A stretch of DNA of 64,000 nucleotides from Phoronis australis (GCA_002633005.1 NMRA01000122.1:496820-560819); one strand, 5' to 3'; positions 13,911 to 27,141 are shown, counted from the first letter of the stretch. The notes: generated from the letters alone by a model not told the origin. Made by a program: numbers and translations.

Positions 13911-16579
13911 CAGGCATATATCCAGGTTTCAAAACCCTACTCGCCAGCTGGACGAGTGAGCCAGAAAATCTACTCGCTCAGCCCGAAATTCAGTCGCCTG
14001 GCCGTTTGCGTCTGTCACCACAAACTTGCTGCCAGGGTCAATAAAAACCGTTTCGTGCGTTGATGTCACCATCTATTAGGGCTACCGTATTCGCCCAGGG
14101 TGCTTAGAAAAATTCATTTCGGAAGAGGAGCGCTTGTTGTAGCCTAAGGTGGTTGAAACCCGGTCTCCGACAACGGGTGAAATCAAATTTACGACCTGTG
14201 ACGTATCGATAACCTATGACAGACTTTCTACAAAACTGTGGTGCATTGCCATCAAACTTTGTTGTTAAATTATGATCTTTTTTTAAAAAAAACGTGCTGA
14301 AATCCCATGGCGAAAACTTGCCGACTGATGCGTTGCTGCCTTGCGATTGTCGATAGTGCAACTTGAATTCTTGAGTAAAGATACAGTTTTGACTCAACAA
14401 ATTAAAATGAATCCTCCTTAAAGGAGAATGCCACCCAAAATACAACGTATTTTGTATCAATTAAGATCGAGAAGTTCCACTCGATAAAAACAAGTACGGT
14501 TCTTTTACCTGTCAAAGTCGGCAGACGGAGGTGTTGAAATTAACCAATGACATCACAGGTTCGAACACAGTCTACTCAGCAGTTCACAACACGTTTACCG
14601 GTGTCAGCTTATCGGTTGAATTCATCATTTTACACCAAAAAATCAACAAAATTCGATATAAAACCCTTACAAATACATCGAGTTATTGAACAAATGTGTT
14701 GTTTTATTTCGCTGTTATGGATTTATAGGTATTGGAATGTACCATAGCCTACTAAGTTCGGTAGGCCAATTTACCAAGGTCGGTCGCGGGAGTTTTGGGC
14801 GCTGTTCAGTTATAAATTCGAATTATTTGTCCGTGAAATACAGACAGGAGAACATAGCTGTGTTGCAATTTTAGACTTGCGATTTTTTTCAGCTCTAAAC
14901 ATACAAAAACGCTCATTATCCCGGCCAGTGGGTCGGAACCCGATCAGGCCCGTCACGGCCGGCCTGAAAAACATCACGAACATAAACCAGCCAAAGTTAG
15001 AAACTAAACTTCCACTCACGAAAAGACTATACTAGTGAGCCAAAGATATAATGTGCACGTGATTATTTTGGTGAATTAGACACTGCAAATCTACTTACTA
15101 GCTTGTCGGGGGCCAGGAAGTCAGGTTACCCTTCCACAGCAAAACCGTCCTGGCAAAAGTTTCACAGTAAGAATGATTCGAATAATGTATGTGAATATCT
15201 AAATAAAGATTCCCCTAACATCTGACCATAGGATATACAATCAAGAATTAGCATGTGCTCACACGGCCAACACGTGGAGAATTTCTTGCTTACACTGGTG
15301 ACCCCTCAGATTCCCTAAGCCCCAGACAACTTTTAGGATGCCTATTCAGCACGCCCTTTGTATTGATGTAGATCTGAGCTAATGCAGTTGAAAGGTAATT
15401 GTTAGCATTACTGTCTCAACAATGGTTGTTGTTAGTACCCCCAATTTGGTTTTCTCTGACAATTACAGAGTTATAGCCTGTAACTCTGGAGAGTAGTTTT
15501 AACTTGGTACATTATAAATATTACAAAATGACTAAAAAGGTTAACTTGTGTTTATCTTCACAAGGGACCACTTCATCTTGGTTTTCTTTATTCAATTTTT
15601 AATGCTTCTGCCCACAGGGTTGATAATTTTTTATCTAAATTTTAAACTTGAAGTACCAAAACAGTGGTAGTTAAGTTCATTTTGAGCCCATCCCTAAACC
15701 TTACCACATTACACGTACAATCAACCTTTTACGTGTCATTAAAGTTTAATCTTTATTAGAACTCAAAGCATAAAATATATACAAAGTGCAAATATGGTGA
15801 TAACCAAACTGAAGATTTGAAATCCCTGGACAATTTCAGTTGCACTGACTATATAACTATTCTAGCTCTTCGTCAGCAATAAAAAATGAAAAGTGGGCAC
15901 AACAACTGTTTCCTGGTCAAAAATCTGGTTAAACTAGATTGAAAGAATATTAAAAAATGAATTCGTGTGATATTGTTAACTCTGATGCACCGAGTATATC
16001 GATACGCGCAGTAGTTTATCTTCAATCGAACCCAATGGTTGTAGATTTAGATTCTTAGTTCATCGATTTCTAAAAAATGGAAAACTGTACTTGGTTGTTT
16101 TTTCCAGCTGAATACCGCCGTGGTGTTCGTTTACAATGAAAATTAGTGGTTAATGCATTTTGAAAATTCGGCATTATGTACAGTCAGAGATGTTTAATAT
16201 AGTTTATGGTCGGATAATTACATTTAATTGGGTCTTGCTCGCATTGGGCAATGCGGTCATCACAATTGTACCTCATTCCAGCACCGCGCTCTCTTTGATC
16301 CAGTGGTACAAGCCGCTCAGGACGATCAGTGAAAATTCCCGCAAAAATCTTTAGAAATGATCGAACTCCTTGTAAGCGTATTATTCACGGTATGAAGGTG
16401 CCTGGTCAATTTAGTTTATTGCATCTTTTTTCAGTTTTATATAAGCATTGCTTAGGGTGACAATAATTCATTTTGAAACATAGCGCACAATAATAAACGT
16501 CAACTGTGACAACTCACAATCCCGACTTAGATGAGTGGTCATCCGACGAAGACTTCACAGGTCGATCGTTAGGTTTCAC

Positions 16580-16906
16580 AAACCGGAATTCACTGATCAA
16601 GAAATACAAGAGAGGCGCCGTGAATGTGCACAGACAACGGAACATACGAATAGTTCCGAAAACCGTTTGAAAGATTTGTCATGGTGTCAAACTGTGTGCT
16701 AACTGCACGATAATAGAAACAACTGACGATTGCGTTTGCAGCCACGAAATTCCGAAAGTGAAACGCCTTCTTGGAGAAGCGTAGATGTGTCTCATGGACC
16801 ATCCTGATTTTGCACCGCATCTAAAAGAAGTCTGCTTAGGGACTGGGAAAAAGAACTGACCAACACATCCTACACCCAGGGTCCAAACAGAAGCCTGATA
16901 AATAGA
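16580..16906 (+). pseudogene. KolX / P2X7 ballast (nanor-like) Cys-rich domain relic
   Basis: KPEFTDQEIQERRRE...NRLKDLSWC/(+1 shift)CANCTIIETTDDCVCSHEIP...*MCLMDHPDF; ends AGA|gtaagt; frameshift and stops. Confidence 0.75.
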
Positions 16907-17383
16907 GTAAGTCATCAAACAGGTTATATAAAACGTTATGTTCTCATGCTTTGAATTAATTGTAATTGTTTATGTTTCCATTGCCAGCTACAATTCTCCA
17001 TAATCAAAAACTGATCAACAACCAATCCACGTTGTTTTGCCTCCTGCTTACCAAACCCAAACACACTAGGCACAACATCTGACTAATCATATTCTAGTCT
17101 CTTTTCTGCCCTGGCATGAGCTGTTTGGTAAGCCGGCATTCGATCGTCATGGAAATCACTGTAAAGACTAGCTTACCCAAATTTCGACCATTGTGCACAA
17201 TCACTGCTGAAAACCTCAAAAATGTGTACAATCTGAGCTCCAATGGTTACAATCACGAAAACCGAATGCAAGAGATAAATTCTTTCAAATTTGTACCAAC
17301 ACCACATGTTTTATTACACAGAAGAATCAACATCAAGTGGCCAAAGTTTTATTTTTGCAGCATGTACCAGTATAAGCAATTCT

Positions 17384-18030
17384 TTATGGCTTTGTCGACT
17401 TGTAATAGGCAGATTTCAATGACACGAGTTTTTGTTTTGGGTAGTTCCTCTGGTGTGCTTGTCCAGGTTGGGATTTCAGAACGAGAAGCGAGTCCAGCGT
17501 CTCGTTACCAAGTGACGCCCTTTGGTCAATTTTGTTCTTTCTAATGCAAGAAAAGACTCGTTCACAGGTTGCCTTGCCATGTGGAATCGTCAGGATTCTA
17601 AGCATAACATGTGAGAGATTCTTGAACCGAAAAATGTCTCCTGCATCTTTTATTTTGGCGATGTTCACCCACATTTGATCAATTGTTCCTGTGCAGTTAA
17701 TATCCTGGCAACTCTGGTATTCAGCAAATTCCAGTTGAACAGTATCACTTGATACTCCTGAAACATGAAAAATAAATGCAGGACTACAATAGTTTTACTT
17801 GGAAAAGAATGCCATCACATTTTGAGACAGCAGAAACCTAAGTAACCTGGAGCTTATAACTACAAAGGCTTAACTACAATATGCCAGTCTTTTTAAAGAT
17901 TAAAATCTTTAATTCTTAATTTTAAGTGGACAATTCTTTTAATTAAAGTGCACCCAAGTTTGTTAGAATATTCAAGACGAAACCAACCTTCTGGTAGCAA
18001 AGGCGGGTACTTCACCAGGAAATGAAAAAG
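17384..18030 (-). pseudogene. Spliced hAT transposase 3' fragment (dimerisation domain)
   Basis: exon ~18030-17988 (FLVKYPPLLPE) spliced GT-AG to exon 17757-17384 (GVSSDTVQLEFAEYQ...ILTIPHGKATCERVFSCIRKNK..RASLGNETLDSLLVLK); 5' part missing. Confidence 0.85.
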
Positions 18031-19142
18031 TGAAAAGGGCACCCATAGAAATTAAAAACCTCAAAATATACCCCACTAACATTGTGAAAAGGCATTTTTT
18101 GTCGATATCTGTCAAAAACGTGGGTAAGGAATGGAGCAGGAACATGCCTGACTATTGATTAGTGAAAATCATACCCATAGAATACCTAACTGCATGAAGA
18201 TCATGCCCATAAAAGTACCTAAATTGACGAACACCCAACTCATAGAAATACCAAAAATCAGCAGAAACCCCACCCATGATGGGCAGCACATATGTACCCA
18301 CCAATATAATGAGTGCCCCACCCCCCTGGTCGGCAGTACCCTGGAAGTTGCCTATCGTCTAAGCTGTGCATTCAAAGCCACCCTGTCGCCCGTGCACTGT
18401 GCTAAAACGATCCTGAAAACGTTCGACCTTGTCTTGATGCAAAATAATATCATATGAACCAAAGAAAGTATGACACTATCAACATTTGAACTGTTGGACT
18501 ACTACACTAAAGTTTTGCAAAACAAACTGAAAATATACACTCAAATCCACGCTGTCGTTGTCGAAGGCATAACCAGACGCTTCCGCTGAGAAAATCAGGC
18601 CCGACTAATTATTACACTAATAGCACCAATAAAAGAGCGAGTTTATTTCATCCCAAAAGTGGGAGAAACACATAAACAAAAGACATAGGTCGGAATTATG
18701 ACAAACTGTTTTTATAATTGCCGATCATTTACTCGCAGTATAATTTGACAAAGTTACTATTAATATCAATAAGCCAGTTCTACATGCGTACGGTATCCTA
18801 GTGGACAAGCTGTGAACTAGGTCGGCACGAAATCGCCGATGTGGATTCATATCTACCCAGGATTTCCCGTGAAAATTTTCAACAGTGTGTTGGCGGGACC
18901 CCGGCCGATCGGACACGTTATGTGCCGCAAAAACATATATGATGCGCCCCTGCAAAAATAGGGATAAACAGTGAAATAATATACGAAGAAAACGAACTTG
19001 TGGATAATAATATTTTATTAACAATGAACTTGACACTCACTCGTGAATTGCGTACCATTACAAAGTGGTTTCGTATAGCGTAGGATCGCATAAAAAATCA
19101 TACGATTATACGCCTGTTTTGTACAAGTAAACACTGGTATGA

Positions 19143-19342
19143 CTAGATAAAATGCCAGCCACAGACACGGAGAAGTTTCGTGGCCTCATACTTAATTGGT
19201 ATTACAGTGTACTTTTCATTCTTCACTACCACAAAACACTTCCGAAGCATTATATGCTCTCGAGGAAATCAAAAAAAAACAATATACCTGCTTTCCTCGT
19301 AGCTTCATAGTTCGCACAAGCGGGAACGATACACCACCCCAT
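19143..19342 (-). pseudogene. THAP zinc-finger relic (N-terminus of Kolobok transposase)
   Basis: MGWCIVPACAN...GILFF/(frameshift in T-run)FPRE..LRK...ATKLLRVCGWHF; C2CH pattern; starts about 160 bp inside the right TIR. Confidence 0.8.
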
Positions 19343-20607
19343 AGTGGCACTCACTCTGAAGAAGAACCACTGATGTCGCTGATTTCTCACCTTCCTCATA
19401 GGTTAACGTGACACCTCTCGGTGAGGTGAGATCGGCCGTATATGAGGTGATGTGGATATAGACCGATAAAGACGGTAAAAAAGACAGGTGGCATTCTCCT
19501 TTAAGTTTTCCAAATAGCGTACTTAAAATTTTTAAGTTCCTGTGGAGTCGGGATTAACCGCAGTTCAAATCTGGGCAAGATCGCACACCGCAACAAGCAA
19601 AAAATCTGGAAGAAAACACATGTTGTTGTCATGTGACGTTTGTTTTGAAGTTTGTCTGCAGGTGTGCGCCGAGTGAGCGAGCGTGTGCGTGTCATCAGAG
19701 TTCATGTGCCAGAGTCGGTAGCAGGCCCACATACTAACGTATAAGCGGGCCCTAGCGCGCCCTTCTTGGCCACGTGCTCATTAAAACTGGTCAAGTTTCG
19801 ATTCGCGGTTTTTACGGTTTTTACGTGTACAAAAGTAATCTGCATTCCTGTTGAGGGAGAAGAGCTGTACAGGAAAGATAACAATACAATTCCGTTGACA
19901 AATACACTGCTTCTGTTCTGAAAGACCTGGCCATAGTGGGACATGTTCCTCGCAAGATCAGCAGAACTTTTGCGTTCTTTTTGAAGTGTACAGCCACAGC
20001 TAAACACCGACATAGCGGCGAGGCTCGTGGGTCTAGAAATTCCGCACACAATGATTTTTCAGGACTGTCGGATATTATTGATAAATTGAAGACATTACTG
20101 TAGAATTTTAGAACTGTAGGTAAAGCATCTTTCGCATATGTTCATCAGGACTGGACTCTATTTTAGCGAAGTCTGAAAATGAGATAGGGGCACGGGTGCT
20201 TATCAGTCCAAGAATAATGGTATTTCACTTGCTGCAAGCAAACGGACTGGTCTTCCACCTTTCCTCCCTTTTCTTTGTTTCGGACTAGTCCACTAATTCC
20301 TTTGTGCATGACCACACACTGTGTTCTTTTGTCTAGACGAATCGCGTAACGGGCGACATATACTGAATCGGTAGGATCGCACTGCACTGATCTTTTTTAC
20401 TGCCGGAGCATCAACATGCTGACTAAACTGAACCTTAAAATTCAGCACAAGGAGGAGAATATTTATTCATGTTCATCTGTGAAACGATAGTGTTTTTGTG
20501 CTCTGAAAATTCCCTCACCACCTGTGCGAACGGCAAGTGAACTTCTACTCGTCCAGCGCCATTTTTACTCGCATTGGCGACTGGGCGAGTGGCGAAGTAT
20601 ATCCCTG

Positions 20608-21135
20608 CATATTTAGCACCAGCTACACTACTATGTAATGCATTAGTCTAGACATATTCAGCACCTACTATCCTACTATGTAATGCATTAGTCTAGGCAT
20701 TCAGGGTCTGACCTACCCTACTATGTAATGCAGTAGTCTAGACATATTCAGGATCACCTACCTACTACGTAATGCATTAGTCTGGACATATTCAGCACCA
20801 CCTACCCTACTATGTAATGCATTAGTCTAGACACATTCAGGGTCACCTACCCTACTATGTAATGCATTAGTCTAGACATATTCAGGGTCACCTACCCTAC
20901 CCTGTAATGCATTAGTCTAGACATATTCAGGGTCACCTACCCTACTAACAATAATGCATTAGTCTAGACATATTCAGCTCACCTACCCTACCCTGTAATG
21001 CATTAGTCTGGACACATTCAGCGTCACCTACCCTACCTAGTAAAGCATTACTCTGGACATATTTAGGGTTCCAATTACCCAACCATGTAATGCATTAGTC
21101 TAGACATATTCAGCACCACCTACCCTACCGTATAA
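20608..21135. repeat. 45-bp minisatellite, right part
   Basis: same unit, about 12 copies, resumes in register after the hAT insertion. Confidence 0.95.
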
Positions 21136-22147
21136 TGGGCTTGCAATATACAGGGTTCCCTTCTCTACCCATAAGTTAAGTAGAAGAGATTGAAATACTG
21201 ACCCTGACTAACAATTCAAAGTCTGGGTACACCAAACTGCATTACGCCAAGTTCCAGGTTTTGCATATCCTGAGAGCAGACCTTTATCTAACAGACTCTA
21301 ATATTTAAATACCACGGCTAAGACGCCCTGTTTAGCATTTAGACAACTTAGTAAGTAAACAGGTAAGCATTATTGTCTCTTTAAACATGCTCGACTCAGC
21401 TCTGGTAAATAATAATATAAAGTTAAGACATGATATGCTACCGTAGATACGATATACTTCATTGCAGACCCATGTACAGTAATAAACTACACCACTATGG
21501 GCAATTTGATGCAGTCACAGGTCACGACACTTTGGGAAATTGGGAAACCCATTTTAGACTGTCTTGCTATTTTTGAAATGGTGGATGGACCCCTCTGAGA
21601 GTGATCACGTTAATAAAACAGACCTACAGCCAAGGTATTCACTGCTCTCCCGATTAAATAAAAATCTTGTCCAACGTGAAGATAAGAAGACTCCATGTGA
21701 TCAATGAAACCCTCACGCCAACATCATGGAAAGATGCACTGACCAGAGACAGTCACTAAGGCAAGCAGAGCACCAGGACTTGATTAGAGACATCATATCT
21801 GTTTAATAGGCCAGTTAGTTTACAAATTTAGCAAGTACAGTAAATAAACAGTAACCCAGAGATAAGAATCTCATGTACTAGATCAAACGGAAGACAGGAA
21901 ATGCCATGGTTTGCCTGACCAGAGAGTACAAATAACCTTCTTGTAATAACTGTTTCTCAATTTATCCAAAGCTAGCGCATAAACCACAACCTCAAAAGGA
22001 AACCATAGAAGGCAGAGCCAGAATCAAAATAGACCACTGAAGATTTGAACATAGTTGGGAAATTGAAGTCAGACATTTGAAAACTTAGAATACTGATAAG
22101 AAAACAAACTTGATATAAGAAATCATAAAAGATTAGTCATTAACACG

Positions 22148-22320
22148 TAGAAAATTAAATCAATTACAGGACTTACGATTGAGTTGGCTACATTGCATCC
22201 TCCTCTCGATGACTTCAGCAGGCCTCCTCGAGAGGACGCAACGTAGCCAAAAGTTCAGTAATTGATTTAATTTTCTACATATTATTACTCAACTGGATGA
22301 CTGAAAGTATTCATAGCATT
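22148..22320 (+). mobile_element. Penelope-like terminal repeat fragment with inverted duplication
   Basis: perfect 21-bp inverted pair 22148-22168/22258-22278 plus an inner pair; followed by ACTGGATGACTGAAAGTATTCATAG, resembling PLE repeat 3' ends. Confidence 0.5.
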
Positions 22321-24278
22321 ATTATATCCAACTATGGACACGACGTCCTAAGATCTGTTCGTCATTTTATTAGTCATTAGCATTGATTGAGATTTTCAAA
22401 GACAAAGTACCGTATCTCTTTATATTTAAATGGGGGCTCCATTTGCCAATCTAACACTACAAACTTCCTAAGTCAGAATTGTTCATAAAAAAATCAGAAA
22501 GGCTCAATCATAATACCCTGCCTCAAGAGGCCAACCTGTGTGCCGAATATTGGGGATGAAAGGGGTAAATTGGTCATTACCCAGCACACGAGACAACCGA
22601 AATTTTCCGTCAAAAAAACAAAAAAACATGCTATCTTAACGATGTTGGAAAACATTTGCCTGATTTTCACTTCAGATATTTCATTTTTTTCATTTTCGGC
22701 TCTTGCTAAGAATTTTGCCAGGATCCATTTAGCCAGTTCATGTTACGCTAAGCCGCAAGCCCTGCACACACAAGTTTAGGGATGTTGCATTAATCAAACT
22801 ACTAGCATGTATTTAAAGGGCACATGGGAGTCAAGTACTATTATTAGATTACATTCATTCGCTTACACCCATTTTTTAAATTTAATCAACGGAGATGCAC
22901 CAGTAATCAGTGTGTGGATGAAGTTACTTGCAATATCTTGACTGACTGCTCTTCCAAACAGTAGGATATAATGAGGATAGTGACTTATGAGTTGGAAACA
23001 ACAACCAGTGAATACTTACGCAATCCCTACAATTAATGTAACAAAGTCACCAGATCACTGCGCTAGATCCCTAATTATGTACAGCATGAGTCATTGTGTG
23101 CTAATGGAGCAGATCAACTCTAACAAGTGTTCCTGAAACACCAGTGTACAAGAACAGTCAAGTGTCCCACAAATTGTGGTGAAGACACCACAAAGAAATA
23201 ACAAGAGGGTGATAGTAATATCAGGAATGGAACAGATCAGTTGGGAGACAAGTGACAGCCTGGACAGTTTGCTCAACAGTGGTCAGCCACAACCCTCTGG
23301 TCACTGACATAACTCACTTACTCACTACTGCAAAGGAAACAGTGGTGTACTTTCCCTGGGCCAAATACACAAGTTTCATGTCAACTCTCAACTAGGATAC
23401 TGGGTTACTCCCTACATGCCAGGTGGCGCTAGAGAGACAATAGGCAACCACAACATGCAACCAGGTGTGCTTTCTATATACCGGAGAACCTCGCAAAAAC
23501 ACAAACTCACTCACACAAGACTTCGCGAAATATTGCCAGGCATTACAAGAGAACCACGTGATAACACTAGCTTCTTTTGCGAAATTCTTGCATCTACGAA
23601 AATCAACCCTGAGGTAGCCACGTGAGACACTTGTCATCCAAAAACCCCCTACTCATGGATTGCTGTCCGTTTTCAATGAATTTGATTCATAAAACTACAG
23701 ACCTTTATTCATTAGCACCACCTAGTGAACATCAAGTCAAACATTACTTCATACCAAAAACATTGTACCTGAATCTACCTTTAATTATACTTCCTGGTAA
23801 AAGGAATTCCTTCAGCCTCATTTTCATACGTTAACTTCAAGAACATCTGTCATTTTGAAGCCAACAAAGTTTTGGTTTTGTGTGGGTTACAAAACATACA
23901 AAGCGTTATCACCATGTAGCAAGTACTTTGAAGTCAGGGTTAATTTCTCCTTCCTCCTAATGAAAAATACGTTGTAAACGTTCTTGTTACACTCTGAGGA
24001 AAATCCTCAGGTGTGGGAAAATGTCTTGCACCTTTACAAGCTTGTCCTCCAGAGTCTCATCTGTAACAGGGCAGTTTAAAGGTGAAGCAGAAAGGATTTC
24101 TAGAATGCAAAGCATGGTTAAACACTTCTTCAGTATATCCCGTCGTGAAATGAGTACGGTCGTACCGCAAACAAGAGTAGTTTACTACCCTACAGACGAG
24201 CAGAATACTCATACACCAGAAAAGACCATCTCTCAATCCTTAATTTACCAAGTACATCACTTTTAACTTCAACAGAAC

Positions 24279-24415
24279 CAAGCTTACGACATGAACTCCA
24301 ATAGTACAAGCTTACGGCACTTACTCCAATAGTACAAGCTTTACGGCACAAACTCCAATAGTACAAGCTTACGGCACTTACTCCAGTATTACAAGCTTAG
24401 GGCACAAACTCCAAT
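24279..24415. repeat. 28-bp tandem repeat x5
   Basis: CAAGCTTACGGCACTTACTCCAATAGTA. Confidence 0.95.
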
Positions 24416-25818
24416 GGATATTTAAATGAGCATTTCCCCCCATCATACCGAGCTTGACATGGACCAATACTACACCTGTATGACAAAAAGCATGTTCAAC
24501 TTCAAGCACATAGCTTATCTATCTTCCAAATTGTTTAGAAAGACAAATTAAAAATGTTGTAATCTGAATTTCAAACTAACTTACTGGTAAAACAACACTT
24601 CATGTACAATGCACAAATATTGACAGGTTGGTGAATACACCTTATATGAAAATATGCTGAGCTAAATCAAAAATTTTCTCCTCAAATATATACAAGTTGG
24701 AAGTAGAACATTCTGACAGGATGAACGATTATTGATTTATTTAAGTACAGCAGTTAAGTGCCAGAGGCATGTCTCCTGCTAAATACCTGAGGCTGACCGA
24801 GGAGACCAGTACCAGTCCACAGTTGAAATAATATTTAAACACCTAGGTTTATTGAAGCAATACAAAACATGACAGAAAATAAACAAATCATAAATAATGC
24901 TTGTTAAAAAGAAAGTACAGTACTTTAGGCATAAACAATAAACAGTTGATCTTGTAGCACTCACTGACAAATCAGGTTGATAAATTGACTATATACCATT
25001 CAGAGAAAGCACAGCAGTCAACCCATAGAGGGCACCACTTGCAGGGCTTTCAACTTGGTAACAGTCAACATAGAAACACAGCAGGTGCATTTTACTTTAC
25101 CTGAAACAACCAAAGCCAGTCAAGTTGTACCAACTTGATAACAAATTATTGCAGACTTCCTCAAATTGCAAAAAAATTTAAACAGGTAACACACATACAT
25201 GAGAGAAAAAATCACACAATCGTAGATAGCAGTTGTGTGTCAGTTGTTCCCCATTTCACCTGCATGACATTCTAATTTTACAAATTTCATTAATTTTCTA
25301 AATATTCGTTTGTAAGCCCACCAACAACTTCTGGTATACCGCGACAACGTTGAACTCCTTAAAATTACCCTAGTTCATGCAAACACCCTTCAACATGTAA
25401 TGACTGACAAAAATGAGTTATTGACCAGAACCAGTGATTCAGACAAAATTTTGTTTTAAAAGCCCAGTGTTCTCCACAACCTTTTTTGATTTGTCACAGC
25501 GTCAAGTTTAAATTTTGTAGTGACGAATTTGCCTTACTTGCATTGAGTTTGAAATCCTATGCAACGACTTTCAGGTATTGAGATAAGTTGTTTCTCAAGC
25601 AAGTTAAGACACTGCGGACTTTTGGTATCACTTCAATGCATTTATTTTAAGACTTAACACACTAACTGAACCCCACAGAATAGACACTGACTTCCGAACA
25701 CGAAACATCGTCCCATTCCGTGATTACAGAGTTTTTCCATTTAAATATCTTTGCTATTAATTGAGATGAATATGGTACCACATATATCACCCTGAAGCTA
25801 ATACTCACAACACCTTAA

Positions 25819-26332
25819 AGTGCTTTCCCATTAGAGGTAAAACTTCGCTTTTACCGAAGTTTCGCTAAGTGGGAAAGGTTAACTCCGGTAGTTAATCTGC
25901 AAGTGAAACTTTGCTGAAAATAGTAGGATTTAAAAGCGAAGCTTCGGTACTCACCAAAACTTTGGTGTAGTGGGAACGATCAGAGCGAAGCTTCATCAAA
26001 GTTATTGATAGATGTCGTTGCAACGATATACAATCACGCAAAACTCGAAAACGTGTTCTTTGTTATTGTAACGTAACCGACGTGCTCTCAATAGATGCAC
26101 GTAAAATAAGTAGAAGAAAGCATATCTGATGTAGACACCGATCATTTTCATAAACACTCTCGTAAATGGCAGGAGACCAATTTTCAGGTAGCCTCGAAAC
26201 CCACTACTCGATAATCATTTGAGAGGACGCATGAACTGCACTGTCAGGTTCTACTCCAATGACTGAGTCGACATTTAGTGATAACTTCGATATCACTGTC
26301 AGTAAACTGAAGTTCCGTAATGGGAATGCACC
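25819..26332. mobile_element. Old Harbinger-like MITE
   Basis: imperfect TIR GTGCTTTCCCATTAG / GTAATGGGAATGCAC; internal CGAAGCTTCG-like palindromes; right end tandemly duplicated; TSD not clean. Confidence 0.5.
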
Positions 26333-27052
26333 ATCAGCGTTTACAATGGGAAAAGCACCGTCAGTGTTTACAATCATTACCACCACATGGGTTCACATGA
26401 AGTACATAAGGTCATCAATCTTGTCAACAGCATAGGAGAATAATAAAATATTTTAAGTAAAAAAAAAAAAAAACAATCCAACATCAAAGCAACCTCTGGA
26501 CAAACACCCTGACATTCCTGGTTACTTACTTTTGTCATAATTTGTAAACTACCTAACTCATTTTTCATTTCCCACATCACTCCCCCCCAGTAAGTCTTCA
26601 TAATATGTGTGATTAGTGTCATTACATGGTATTCATTATTGCGGCTACATTTGTAACTTCATCACGTTTTCCTGTTTTGGTTGCATTCTTACATTTAGAA
26701 CTTGCGTCATGTATTATATAGGTTGGCGAATAGACAAAATCAAACCAAATACGGAACAAGTAAAAACATGATAAGGAACTGACTAGTGTTGCACATTAGT
26801 TGGTATATGGTCGAGTGCAGTCCTGATTCCATGATTAAAGAGGGTGCTGCCATTTGGACGACATTTTTGATCAATTCAGCATATTATAGTAACTATGATA
26901 GGCATTTGGAATGATTAATTTATTTTTAAGACAAAAATGAAAACAGCACTTTTAAAAACCCGGAAGAATGACGCAGCAAACAAGTTGTGAACATGTCAAC
27001 CGCTAACTGTGCTTAATGGCTTTGACAACCGCAGATTTTCTGTCTCTACCCC

Positions 27053-27104
27053 GTTGCCTTTGATAGTTGCCTTTGACAGTTGCCTTTGACAGTTGCCTTT
27101 GACA
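27053..27104. repeat. 13-bp tandem repeat x4
   Basis: GTTGCCTTTGACA. Confidence 0.95.
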
Positions 27105-27141
27105 AGAGTAATGACGTTAGAAAACAGGCAATAACACTACT

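Larger units (their letters stand above)
14422..19500. mobile_element. Kolobok-type DNA transposon relic (5079 bp)
   Basis: perfect 14-bp TIR AGGAGAATGCCACC/GGTGGCATTCTCCT flanked by TTAA on both sides; absent from the sibling hAT copy; contains THAP and KolX-like relics. Confidence 0.88.
13911..20607. mobile_element. hAT-type non-autonomous element with 5-bp TSD (hAT5-like), carrying a nested insertion
   Basis: TIRs CAGGCATATA...TATATCCCTG; CATAT duplicated (13906-13910, 20608-20612); subterminal ACTCGCC repeats; splits a minisatellite; sibling copy at 36937. Confidence 0.9.

Noticed and set aside
14422-19500. Reading 13911-20607 as one autonomous hAT with its own transposase
   Set aside because: The interior has its own TIRs and TTAA duplication, so it is a separate insertion; the hAT fragment cannot be assigned to the outer element
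13540-21135. Regular short repeats (also 6134, 24279, 27165, 62339) as CRISPR arrays
   Set aside because: Head-to-tail units with no unique spacers, no cas genes, spliced eukaryotic context
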